DNA of 63,334 nucleotides, the filler included, from Choristocarpus tenellus KU-1152 (lineage: Eukaryota > Protista > Phaeophyceae): assembly GCA_964200185.2 (NCBI GenBank). It is 13 parts of 13 records of this genome, joined end to end, with 100 filler letters (N's around TTAATTAATTAA, not from the genome) between each part and the next. Parts side by side here need not be neighbours in the genome. Positions count along the whole stretch, not along the records: positions 11,975 to 20,422 come from CAXNAD020004698.1; positions 20,523 to 23,956 come from CAXNAD020020053.1; positions 24,057 to 27,468 come from CAXNAD020020218.1; 10 more parts are not named here. One strand, written 5' to 3'. Positions 11,975-24,234 of this stretch are shown here, piece by piece. The notes beneath the pieces are model-generated. The model was not told where the DNA came from, did not search any database, and saw only the letters and a list, made by a program, of their open reading frames with translations. The position numbers and the translations under genes are program-made. Numbering within the stretch: position 1 is the first letter of the stretch; each line of letters opens with the position of its first letter.

Positions 11975-14900
11975 TTGCTTCGGCGGCTTTTCGATGCGTT
12001 TAATTCTGGGCGCTTGTTTATTGTTTAACTGAGTTGGGTGGGGGGAAGAACCCTTGCCCGTGTGAAGTTTGGCCTCGTTCAGTGTTGTTGCCGTAGTTGT
12101 TGACACTTGGCCAATCTGTTGTTGAGTGGGGGGATGAGATGGCCTGCCAGTGATACTGTTTTCTCCACTGGGTAGAGTCTCTGGGGGCGGGGGAGTTGGA
12201 CCAGGTATGGAAGGCCTTCTACGGGCCACTGGCCCTCCGCCGGCAGAGGCTGCGGCTGCCTTAGCCTTATCTATGTTGAGTGCCATTTCTCTTTCTTGAC
12301 ACTCGAGTCTCAGGGCCTGTGCCTTGACCTGGTCTGCAGGTACCCCAACACCTCTCTCGTAGCACAGGGCCACGTTCCAGAGCCCTGTAGTGGAAGGGTG
12401 TAGAGAGTGGTTACAAGTGGGCAGATCGGAAAGACCTATGAAGGGGAGCATTTTTGAGGTCGTGTTTTTGGAGGAGTTGAAAGAATCAGGTAGGCACGCT
12501 GCTGCCCTGGTGTAAGTGGCGGGGACTCGTGGCCACAAGACCTTGGGAGGTGGTGGATGACTTGGGCAAATGGTATTGTGGAGGTTGGGAGTGGGGAAAG
12601 TACTTCCTTTGTACGCGTGTCCCCTTAAGACACACACACACACACACACACATATATAATCAAGTTCGTTCATACGTTTACGTATTGTAGAACAACAAAA
12701 TATACTATCATATAGTATTTTACTCTCTACAAAACTCATCACATATATATATATTTTTCTTAGATGTCTCCTCTATGTTCCTAGAATAATGAGCCCCTCA
12801 TACTAGACCATGCACAAAATCATCTTGTTCTGATATATATACATATATGTTTGTGTGTATGTATGTATGTATGTATGTATTTTCATGCATGCTTCTGGTC
12901 TCTATGTTATGGGAATGGACGGGAGGTTCTCTTCCCTTCTCACCAGATAGATCTCCCCCATCGGCAGCTTTAGTGAACCAGGAAAACGCCTCCCCTTCCT
13001 GCCTCTCAGAGAGACGACCTGTGAGATAGAGGACTCCGAGGTTGACGGCAGCTTTTGTAATCCCCCCGTTAGCAGCAGCCCGGTAGCACTCCTGGGTCAC
13101 CTCGAGAAGGTCCCTCTCTGGTGCGTCTATGCTCACGCCACGGCGCTTCTCATACATCAAGCCCAGGTTGAACATTGCCTTGGCGAGTCCCTTAGTATGG
13201 ACATGATGGATGGGCGTGATGGTCGTCAAGGAGAACCCTAGGTNNNNNNNNNNGGGGGGGGGACGCTTCGAAGACTGGCGAGTGGAAAAAAATTGAGAGT
13301 TTGCTGTGTGAGGAACATGAATCAGCTTCTTGATACGTTAAGAGGAAAATGTGTAGCCCTACCTGTCCTTACGTGTAGTAGCCCTACCTGTCCTTATGTG
13401 TAGTAGCCCTACCTGTCCTTATGTGTAGGAAAATAGACCCGACTAGGAATGGAGGGCGATTGATTGATCTTCCTATGAGTTGTTGCGGTGATCTGAGCAT
13501 AGCACAAATACGTTACGTCCTTCTGATTGTATGTGTGCTCTGTACATTTAGTAGTACATGTGTTAGTAAGGAGTCCAGAGGAATTGGGAGGATGGCAGGT
13601 TTGGACCCCTTTGCATTCTAAGTAACGATGTATCCCCATCTCCACGCACAAACTGATACCACAATACATGAAAGGGTCTTTCTACAGTATTATTAGTACA
13701 AAATGATGTATTTTTGATATTTCTTGAGATCCTTAAAATGAAACCATGCCTATTGCTCAACTCCTTTGGCTCAAAAACATTCTAAGTATACTGCATGCTC
13801 TAGAGTTCCCCCCCTCCGCCTCGGCTGGAGCAATGAACCGACCCCCTCCCTTGGTTCCCCATTGCAATCCCTTTTCAAATCTCTTTGCAGTGGAGTATTG
13901 TAAGAGCATCACCAGCACAGTCACATATATCTAAATATATATTATCCACCCTCCATCACCAAATAGAAGTACATTTCTCAACCCCTTGTGTTTGAGCTCA
14001 GAGCAGCTGCTGAGTTCTGATCCTGGTTTGCTTTGTGTAAGTAAGAATGCAAGAGGGTCTAGAGTAAGCTGGAGTCATAATGCGGTGGATGCTAGACCTC
14101 CTCACAGGCAGTCATTCTAACCTTTTCTAACAGGGACATAGTGGCGGCGGACCTTGCTTGATGCGCTCTGTGCTGCTCTTACTTTCTCACCTGCTCACTG
14201 GCCTTTTCTAGGTAGTATACACATCGCGAGTCATCCTGTTTGATCCCTGTGAATGGAGATGGTGATCAAGCAAATTGCGTTGTTTTTGTTGGGAAGGTGA
14301 TCAACATCTCAGCGAGGCGTCTATGTCCTCCCCAGCTTTTCCAAGGGTACTTACTATGCAAGAGGCCTTGACTCCCAAAGGAATAGCAGGCATATGCAAC
14401 TGACTCTTCTTGGTGTTTCAACCTCCAATCATTCGTAGTAGAATAGTAAGAGGAACGTTAAAGATAACACTACTGCGGAGCATGTTCTTGACAAACAAAA
14501 AAAGAGAAGATGACAATGTTACGATGGCCCGTGTAAGTTTGATACTCACCGAGACCAAATTTATAGTGCATGGCAAGGCTGTAGCAGGATTCTGCCAAGC
14601 CCTTGTCTGCTGCCAGGTGAAAAAGCCGCACAGCCTCTGCATCGTTCTTGGTCACACCTGGACCGCCCTTCTCATACACGGCTGCCAGGTTGTGCTGAGC
14701 CTTGGAGTGCCCCTCAGATGCAGCACGGGTATAGCACTCTACTGCCCCCCTGAGATCATGCTCCTTTTGCCTGGTCACTCCGCTGTTGTACCACAGCACT
14801 GCAGATTGAGCCCCAAGCGGCTTCTCTGCAACTTGCCCATTGATTGGAGGATGAGCAGAATTTTCTGTCCGTAGGCCTGCTGTATCTCCCATGGTAGGTG

Positions 14901-16068
14901 GCTTATGTGATCCCGTTGGCATAGATGTTCCTCCTGGAGCCCCTCCCACTACTGGGGAGACTCCTCCATTTGGTTTCCCCACGTCAACAATGCTCATCCT
15001 TCGGGCAAAACCTTCTACCCCATTGGAGATTTCATCCGTAACAGAGTAGCGACGGATTTGCCCTCGAATGTAATCGCTTGGACGAGGTGGTGGTGGCCGC
15101 TCACCTAAATTCTGGAGGCTTACTTGACGCTGCTGTTGCTGAACATGCATTGGTAGGGATGCAAGGGGATGGTCACCCAACTGTACACCCCTAGGACCAC
15201 CTTCTGGTCCCTTGTAAGAGGAGAAAGACACACGCCGAGAAGATTTATTTTCATGATGAGTAGGTTGGTACATCCCTGCATTACTATCCTGATGGCTGGG
15301 TGTGAACGTTTGTTGCTGCCCAAGGGGTCCTCCGCTAGGTCTCCTGTGACGTCCTAATGGCTGTGCTGTTGTAGGTATCTGTGTCCCATTTCCCACTTGC
15401 ACCTCTAACCATTCCTGTTGTTGCAGACCTGATTGGTGATGCAGGGGCATATCAATCAAACTCGACCTTCTCCTGGTGTTGTCTACACCGTTGGCAATGT
15501 TTTGATCTGCCCTAATAGACCCCATCCGAACTGGTAGGCCACGTGAAGGAAGGCTCCCAATCATACTGATACCAGTAGTGCTAGAACGCCTTTCTAGAAC
15601 TTTCATACCTTGGCGTCTCGCAGCCTCTAGGACTCCCAGAGGTGGATGTGTTGGTGGCGGTGGCTTGTCGGATGGTGGGCGGAAATGACTTGGTCCAGGG
15701 ACATCTATTTTTCTTGGCATGTCGACAAAGGGAAACGGTGGTGCTCCATGAGGTGGCATGGGGCCTGGATTGCTCTGACGACGGGGAGGTCGAGGTTTGC
15801 CTTGTTGTGGTGCCAAGACGCCACCTCCCTTGCCCTGTTGCTGCCCGCCAAACAAGACAGGTTGACTTCCTGTGCCCAGCTCTGATGGTAAAGAAGGATC
15901 TAATTGTCCTTCACTTGCTCTACGTTGCTGATTCAGGGAGGGGCGGGGTGGTGGGGGGCGTAGAATCCTGGCCGCCTGCTGCAAGTCCGGCAAAGGGTGT
16001 TGTAATGATGTATATATGCTTCTTAGTGTATCAAGGATGTCCTTCACATGAAGTTCAACGTCCCACAA
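11975..16068 (-). CDS. Sel1-like repeat protein with long P/Q/S-rich disordered N-terminus (exons about 16068-14550, 14246-14191, 13190-12944, 12384-<11975)
   Basis: Tandem SLR motifs 'AVECYTRAASEGHSKAQHNLAAVYEKG', 'AVRLFHLAADKGLAESCYSLAMHY', 'AKAMFNLGLMYEK', 'KAAVNLGVLYLTG', 'WNVALCYERGVGV'; in-phase GT-AG junctions. Start codon uncertain; 3' end lost at the contig break. Confidence 0.88.
13353..13427 (+). repeat. Intronic minisatellite, 25 bp x3 (GTAGCCCTACCTGTCCTTAYGTGTA)
   Basis: Three head-to-tail copies read directly from the sequence. Confidence 0.9.
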
Positions 16069-16778
16069 AAAATAGTTTTTAGGACAATATCATAATAGGA
16101 CCAGGCACAGCCTCACCATGAGAGGGGTGATGATGTCTGGGTCGTCTCTGACTGACGCCAGGTGCTAATCCGCAAGTCATTGTGCGAAAATCATTTTGCG
16201 TGCAAGATTATGGATCTCGCCTGAACCTGGACCCCATGGATGGATGTGATGAAATTCCCTTTTGAATAACCGTCTGTTGCGGTGCTTAAGAGTGTTTTAT
16301 TTTGTGATGATAAGATATCCTTGTTCCATGGTTGTTTGACACCTTGTGTTGGTGACCTTTCACACGAAATGGCAAACTTTTTTTAGAGTCGTTATCTTGG
16401 TGAGGATGATACAAAGACAGTTACAAGACAATCGTACTTTTTTGCGATTGGTGTACGATGTATGTGTAATTTCGTAGTGTAGACCTCAACTATTACTTAC
16501 AAATGATACACCCTTCATGTACTAGGTTCTCCTATATACATTAAAATTGGTTATTAAATAAACAAAAGAAACGAGTTCCACTGAAGTAATGAACAATTTG
16601 AAGAGAAAAACGAAAAGTGAAACGACTTATCCTTCGTGTAATAGTCAAATCTCACGAAGACAACCCCCCCTTGGATAGACCCCGCGAAACAAGTCTTTTG
16701 CAGCACCCATCGCGGTCGCGCAGTTTTGGGACAGGAGGGTGTAAGATAAGGGTACCTACCTTGCCCTAAGGAGCAAAA

Positions 16779-19700
16779 ATGAAGTCGGGTCTATTCCTGA
16801 GGTTGGGAGCGTTGGCAATAACTCTGTCCCTTGCAGTGGCAGAGTGCCCTAATGCGTGCTCAGGACATGGGACCTGTGGGTCATATGACATGTGCTCCTG
16901 CTACAATGGGTACTTCGGGAACGACTGCGTGGACCGCATCTGTCCCTTCGGCCTTGCCCACGTCGATTCGCCAAAGGGCGATCTAGATATGGACAACGAC
17001 ATAGAGTACAAAACTGTGATATCTGGATCGCAGATGTACCCTGACGGAACGTCGGAACTCTTCCCCATCATGCAGAAAGTAAGTACACTTCCTTTTCCTT
17101 AAATATTGCAGCTAGGTTTGATGTGTCACAGTGTTTCAAATTCTTAGTTGAAGGTCCTCCGTACCCAGCCCTGCAAAGCGGCACAGACCCCCCCAACCAC
17201 TGGTAGCCCATACACGACTCCTCCTGACATGAGGTCCACGCAGACACCACGCTGTCATATTTGGTGACCTTCCATTGCACTGCGTACATACTGAAAAGAG
17301 ATATGCAGAAGCATATAGAGGTATCAACATTTGTCCTAAGCAATCAAGACGGCTTCACTTACGGCCATTTCGATGCCTTTGTCTCCTACTTCACTCAGGC
17401 GGATGGAACAGTCCTCATCCAGACAGCACACGATTACTCGGAGTGCTCAAACAAGGGGATGTGCGATCGCGTTACAGGGTCCTGCATATGTTTCACTGGG
17501 TATGAGGGAAGCTCATGCCAGAGGGCATCTTGTCCCAACTTGTGCTCAGGTCATGGGGTGTGCAAGACAGTCCGTGAGCTTGCCACCGGCGATTATGACA
17601 ATATTTATGAGCTATGGGATGCGGATGTGGTGAGTCCTCTCATTGAATTAACAGCTATTAACTTCAAGATCTATTCCACACTATTACGGTAGTTGTACTG
17701 GCAATATGTTTTGGGAAAAAACCCCATCAGACTTGAAGTTCATCTCTGCAGACATTCCTTCCACCCTTTCAGTCTGATGGTGGCAATTTCCACAAGCCCC
17801 TTCCCTCTTTCCTCCTTTCACTCGAGCCTCCCATCCTTGTCCCTTGCTCCATAGGGCATGGGCTGTGATTGCGACGCTGGGTACGATGGGTCTGACTGTT
17901 CAGGTCGTATATGCCCTTATGGCATTGATCCTCTCTTCATAGATGATGAAAATACTGCCCGTGTATCTGTTTGGAACCTGTATTTTGAGGAATCAACTGA
18001 CATCACTGCTACAGAGGGGACATGGAGGATGAAGTTCTACGACGTGTTTGGAGAATCCTGGGTTACAGACCCCTTGAGTATGAATGCTGCATGCACCACT
18101 GTCGAGGACACTCTGGTTGCCCTCCCCAATGATGTGATCTCGGATGCTACTGTGCTTTGCTCCGATAGTGTCACGACCACCTCCTTAACCTATGAGCTCA
18201 CCTTTTCTGGAAATCCGGGTTATTTGAAGGTCCCAGAGCTCATCTACATGGATGAGACAGGCCGTTACACCCTCAAGGACTCAGCCGCCTCTGCTTATGG
18301 GGGCATTACTGAGGCAACTGTCTTCGACAAAGGGGTGATTGGGGAGTTCTATGACTACTTTGGAAAGAAGTGTGATGTAATCGTTGATGTCGCCGATTCC
18401 TCTTTAGCACCAGCTGTATATGGAACTGTACAAGACGTTACCATTAACTCTGGATCAACGGGTACCCTACGTACTCTGAAAGAGTGTCTTGGGGATTCAA
18501 ATGGTGTAGCTGGGGACAACGTGGGAGTTGAGAATTGGGACTTTGGTTCAGAGTTGATCGTTCGTGGTGTTGCTGGTGCCACCGACCTGTCGTATCCTGA
18601 CCAGTATCCTCATGTTGTGAAGCTTGTCGACTCCGCTGCTTCCTCTGAGTATGATGGTGGTGAGTATGCTATAATGCACTGGGATGTTGAAGGCTCTGCA
18701 TTTGTCCTCTCCACCGCCGTGGACAATTCTGCCTCATACCAGGTGCAGAGAAGCTATTTTGTTAATTTCTCAGTGAAGAAGAAAAGTGTTGAGGGTTTTC
18801 TGTTAGAATATAGAAGGGTGTTTCGTTATGTATCCCAACATCATTCTACTTATTTTCTGTTGCAAGAGGGAAACGTTTCTTGGGCTGTAACTCCAGGTGT
18901 ACTTTGTTTTTTGTTTGTGTAGGCATGGGCAATGCCTTTATTTTGCCGACACCTGTACAAGGTCACCTGTTGGTCTCTATTGTAGTATTGCAGGGGAAAC
19001 AGGTGTGGGTGCTTATTTGCATTTGCCTCAAGCTCTGTTCCCTTTACATTATTCTCCCCTTGGGTTTGCCTTGTCATCTATGATCCCTTCATGCTGCATT
19101 GTATGACCTCGATCAATGATGCCATTCCCTCCCCCTCTTTCATAGTTCCACTCATAGACTATTTTCCTTGCCTAATCCAATATCCCCACCGTTCCCCTGT
19201 CCCATTAGCACTCCTGAGGCTTCCCCTTCTCTCCCTTGGCACGACAGTACCTCCTTGTTGAAGGACTCGAATCACATCTCACTGTATTTGACCACTTGAC
19301 AAAGCAAACAACCATCAGGGATCGCTTCCCTGGTCTCAAGCACGTTACGGAACCAGCTGCCGCCATTCTCTGTCATCCTCCCAACTTTTTTTTTCGGCTG
19401 ATAAATGAGCTCGCATCCTCGCAAAAAAACATTTAAAAGTCAAGGGTTAGGGAAGGGCATGAAGAGCGAAGAAAATTTGACACGCACACCCCTTCCACCC
19501 CCCGCCATGCTCGTCACTCCCCTCGCCAGGTTTTTGCCACAGATGGCGTCCTGGAGCGCATTTGGTACGACACAGACATGAACGGCGAGTTCAGCATGGC
19601 AGATGATGAGCTCGGCTTGAGCCATTGGGAACAGTACAGCAACGTGGTGTACACCAGCCGTGACTTCTCATGTGAGAATGCAGGAGTGCGCAGCAATTCT

Positions 19701-20222
19701 GGGGTGTTCTACAGCAACAGCTCTTACATCCACAACAACTGCGTGGAGAAGGGTGACTTGCTCGTGTTCCCGGCATCCACCACCGGAAACTCGACTTCAA
19801 AGAATGTGACTGGGGACATGTCTACCCTCAACCTTGATGAGTACCGCACTAGGGCCTTGAACACACCCAACTCAGCAGGGTTCTACATTGTGATGAAGAT
19901 ATCGGTGGAAGACTACACTGCCACTACCAACTCCACGGAAGATCGGTACCAGATTGTTCTCGACCGTCCAATCTTCTGGGACGGGTCGCGGACTAGTTCG
20001 ACCATCCTTGACATGGACCTAACCATCAAGAACTCCGGTCCCAGGAACCACGGCATCCGACCTTTCTTCAAGTTTACTCCTGATTCAGAGATGAGCTATT
20101 CGGACAATGTAGTTTCTGAGTGCTCCAACAGGGGGCTGTGTGATGATCTTACTGGACTGTGCACATGTTTTGCTGGGTATACCAATGAGAATTGTGACAC
20201 ACAGAGTGCGCTGGCTGTCTAG
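16779..20222 (+). CDS. Tubular mastigoneme protein, Sig1/Ocm1 family, secreted with EGF-like repeats; exons 16779-17078, 17399-17629, 17855-18742, 19530-20222 (703 aa)
   Basis: Signal peptide, then '[40 protein letters not shown]', '[10 protein letters not shown]', 'CPYGIDPL' and C-terminal '[18 protein letters not shown]', all characteristic of stramenopile Sig1/Ocm1 proteins. All introns are GT-AG, phase 0; total 2112 nt. Confidence 0.93.
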
Positions 20223-20522
20223 TGAAGGCTGGAAGTAGGGGTGTTGGGTGGGGGGCTTGTGCTGTTTCCACTACTGCTAGCCAAACTCGCCGTCTGCCTT
20301 GTGAAGTGTGTCACGCAGATAAGACAAATGGGGTAGGGGGGAGGGGGGAGGGGAAGGGGGGAAAGTTACTTTCTACCTGTTCCTACCTCACCAAGCTTGA
20401 AGGTCTTCATGTCAGGGATAAANNNNNNNNNNNNNNNNNNNNNNNNNNNNNNNNNNNNNNNNNNNNTTAATTAATTAANNNNNNNNNNNNNNNNNNNNNN
20501 NNNNNNNNNNNNNNNNNNNNNN

Positions 20523-20558
20523 CCTTACAAACCATCACCCCCTACGATACTTGGACCC
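20523..20558. mobile_element. MITE family B terminus at contig start
   Basis: ACAAACCATCACCCCCTACGATACTTGGACCC matches the end of 23382-23819. Confidence 0.65.
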
Positions 20559-20999
20559 GGTCACTGTCCTTGTATGAAGTATTTTGGGCTAAAATGCATT
20601 AAGGATATACGCTTGGCGCTTGAGTGGGTGTAAGCTATGTTGTTATGGCTCAGGGAAGTTGTCCTTTGGGTTGAAAGCCTGGAGTCTGCCTGGATGCCGC
20701 CGCTTGGTTAGGGTGTGGAAGAGATGGCATATGTAGTGAAAATTTCTACTTGTGCTGAAGATGGTGGAGTGGAGTACGAGATGTTTGTGCATGAACGTCC
20801 CCCTGGTAAGGTTCCTGCTAATTGCTCTGTGGTCCTATCAGCGCAAAGGGGGGAGGAAAAAGGATTGGGGCGGAATTGCAGCAAAAGTATTAGAGAATGG
20901 TGGCAGAACGCACTAATGGAGACGAAATTTAGGTTGCCATATCGGGCCAATAAATACATGTGTCGGAGGACACATAAACACAAACTCTTCGGGAGGAGA

Positions 21000-21700
21000 A
21001 TAAATTTCAATTTTATATATCAAATGCATAAGTCCGTTGTTTTATGGAATGTATGATCCCTGTCCATCATAACATGTCTGTGGAGGCATGTGTCTGACTG
21101 GCGAAGTGGAGGGTGACTCATGAACAGATATTGGCCTATGTTGCTTCTCAAAGCCATGTCTGTCGTCAATATGGTGGCTGTGTAGGACTTATACCCAGAA
21201 CCAGACCCGTTTAGGAGGGTCTTGGTCAATTGTGTGGTAGTGTTGGACAAGGAGCTGCATATTTCGCAAGTCGCCATTCTCCCGTTGACCTTGTGGGGGC
21301 AGCTGATTCGCTCTTCACTAACTTAGACCGTGTGTAGTGGGACTGGCACTTGGTCACGGTCCCTCGCATCCGCTGATCGTCCCATCCGAAGTATAGTGCC
21401 CTTCCCTTAGTTGTGGCATTGAGCGTTACTCCCTCATCTGAATCCGGCACATATAACTCAGTGTCGGTTCAAGGGGCCTATATTTATATATATAGGCTTG
21501 TTCATGTCCCCACGCTTTCGTGCCCAAAAGCGAACTCGGACACACAGGGCTGCAGTCTCGTCACTCTCCCTCTTTTGTTCTTGACTCGAAATTGGTTGAT
21601 ACCCTCTTCGATCACGTCCTCTGTTATGTACGACCCTGGTTGAGGGGGGGTACATATTTTTCGCCATCGTCCGGGAGGTAGGACATAGAGTAAATGTACG
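21000..21700 (-). pseudogene. Decayed Ulp1/peptidase C48-like domain downstream of the transposase remnant
   Basis: 'PGSYITEDVIEEGINQF' (cf. P..WLnDevIn), 'PIYINIGPLNRH*VI' (HW with TGG>TGA), 'RALYFG' (cf. i.YfD) and 'PPLRQSDTC' (cf. P.Q...DC) occur in the expected order; frameshifted. Confidence 0.4.
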
Positions 21701-23381
21701 CGTCTGAAACATCTACATGAACATCGCTGACCTTCCCCTGTACGATTGACCCCCCACTCGCGCGTATGATGACGCTGGTTCCTCAATCGAATCTGGCTTC
21801 GGGCGTGTCCCCAAGTCTGAGTTCCTAGAAAAGCGAGCAGGTATCCCACCGAGGAATTGCCGGTTGGATTCCGAGGCGAACCTCTGGTATTGACCAGGCA
21901 GGATCCTGAATGTGTTGTCCAGGTGGTTGTGGTCGATGTCTGTGAAGTCTGGGACGATGATAGCCTGAAGGGGCCCGACCTGGGGGCCCGGTTGTGCGTC
22001 CTGCATCGCCACAAACATGTTCGTTGCAGGGGCTGTGTTGGTATGTAGGACAATTGGAATGTGTTTGCGCGTGATGGCCTGGTTTAGCTGTATGAGGGGG
22101 GTATTGTTTGTTTGTTTGTTTTTGAGAAACACGGATAGTTTTATATGGATGATTGAGGATACACTTAGGCAGCGAAATGAACGTATGGGACGCGTTTATT
22201 CGCCCTACGTAAGTTGTGAAATATTGCTCTGAGAGAGGTGTCAGTGGCGGTTGCAAGTTGGGAGAACAAAATGACACTGGTTTGGATGCCAGGGTTTGAC
22301 GTTATGGGGGAGGAATTCTTTGTTGGTTAGAGGGGATAAGATGGGATATGTGACATGTGTGTAGGGACAGCGTGGATTCATTCGTGTGCGGCATTGTTTT
22401 GTGTTGGAAGCAATAAGAAGCGTTACCCACCTTGTCCGTCCGTGACATGTGGATAGTTGGCACGCCATCAAAGAAGCTGGCAATCAGCACATCGAAGTCT
22501 TCAGTGACAAAGACGATCTCATCTCCAGCACTGAACATCCCTCCGTAGCTGGAGTGGTGTCTGGCATTCCGCACAATGCATATGTTCCCCACGGTGAGCT
22601 GTCTCTTCTTCGTGGATATAGCTGGCTTCTCAGATACATATCACCTGTTCCCGCTTCGGTGGAAAATCCGAGGTCTATTTGCTTGAGTGGGGGCACGTGG
22701 ATTTGTTGCCACCTGCATTGGGTGAGGTTGCCGAAGGAACAGTTCGTGCAGTAGCACGACAGTTCGGTGTATGCCAATGTACGGGAGCCGCCGGGTGTAA
22801 GATGACCAGTGAAGAACCTATGCATGGACTTGATTCCACTGAGGTTCGGGACACGTGGGTCGTGTCGTCCCGCACGGTCAATCTTGTAAGACGGAAGGTG
22901 GACTATCTCCTGTGTTCCGAACGTGTCAATGTGTAGAAGGTTTGTGTATGTGTTACTGTGCTGTCTGCCATCCCTGTCCGTCCAATCCTAAGGGTTGTAG
23001 CGATTCGGCGTATGAAGGGAGGGGCGGTTAGTGATGGAGTTAGCGTCATCACCGAGACATTGTGCTCTGACCGCTTCTATGTGATTGAATATTTCCTTTG
23101 TATTGGTAAGTGATACCTCTATCGCAGTAAGAATTGTTTGGTAAGGACGGATGGGTGTGTGTGATGAAACCCCAAACCTGGAGTTTCTTTTGGATAGTTT
23201 TTGCCGATTGGCGGACTAACGAGAAATAGAGTGTCATGGCTGCAAGACCGCATGGACTTTGTGCGGTTGCTTGACGACCACGCTATGAGCGATCGTACTG
23301 TGACTCGAGTTGTGGGCAGAAGGGAAGGCACGGATGTGACATAATGTGTGGACCAAATCTGTTGTTGCCTTGGTGGAATCT

Positions 23382-23819
23382 GGGTCAAAGTATCTGGGGG
23401 GGGGGGGTCGGCGTCCTTTTTTCACCCTTTTTCGAGTTTCACGTTTGAGCCAGAGTATCTTAGAGGGTAGAGTCGCGTCCATATGAGGGCCAAATTCCAA
23501 CGTTGCGATTTTGATGTAATTTTGGCTATCGTGTTGTTAGGGAGTGTCAATATCCTTGTTCCTGATACACCTTTTCGTAACATAACGCTTTACCTACTCC
23601 GAAAAAATTGGAGTAGGAAATGTCATTAAAAAATATCATGTGAAAGCAAGCCTCAAACGGACAAACAGGGCAAAACTCGTACCCTCTAAGATACTTTTAC
23701 TCGTTTTTAGTGTGTTTTGTTCGCATGTGTCGGATTTGAAACGTCAGCAAAAAAAAGAGTTCTTTGACCGAAACGGACTCCCCCTCACAAACCACTACCC
23801 CCCCCCAGATCTTTGACCC
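23382..23819. mobile_element. MITE family B, complete, TSD ATCT, hosting a family C copy
   Basis: GGGTCAAAGTATCT...CAGATCTTTGACCC flanked by ATCT at 23378-81 and 23820-23. Confidence 0.92.
23447..23702. mobile_element. MITE family C (256 bp), TSD GTTT, nested
   Basis: GAGCCAGAGTATCTTAGAGGGTA...TACCCTCTAAGATACTTTTACTC flanked by GTTT on both sides. Confidence 0.93.
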
Positions 23820-24056
23820 ATCTATGTGTTAGCAAGGGACTCGTGGGTGTAGAGTGTCACGAGTTGCAAACAGGTATAATTGTTGTGATTGGGGAAAATC
23901 ATACACGTGAGAGGTGTTGAATTATCCCACACTGGACCCGCGGCTTTTGGATGGTGNNNNNNNNNNNNNNNNNNNNNNNNNNNNNNNNNNNNNNNNNNNN
24001 TTAATTAATTAANNNNNNNNNNNNNNNNNNNNNNNNNNNNNNNNNNNNNNNNNNNN

Positions 24057-24088
24057 CCCCCTCCCCCCCCTCCAAGATACTTTGAGCC
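24057..24088. mobile_element. MITE terminus at contig start
   Basis: C-tract followed by AAGATACTTTGAGCC. Confidence 0.8.
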
Positions 24089-24234
24089 TGTGCTCACTTT
24101 TTTCCTTTTTTTTTTTTCCCAGTCGAGTACCACTTTTCTTCAAATTTTGACCGTATTCTCACAATGCACATACATGTCGCTTTCATTTCTCTCAACCCAG
24201 AAAGTAGAAACCCTATACCTTGGTAACACTATAC

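Larger units (their letters stand above)
22300..23900 (-). mobile_element. Decayed Sola2-like DDD transposase interrupted by nested MITEs
   Basis: Ordered motifs 'LANT*..QQQIWSTHY..SLLP' (cf. DFAENY..Q.EIQS.HW..TL.P), 'HDTLFLVS', 'YCDRGITYQYKG' (cf. SDG...QYKN), 'IVHLPSYKIDR..LSGIKSMHRF' and 'ELSCYCTNC..C'. The HGKG..DG motif is not found (probably deleted). Confidence 0.55.
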
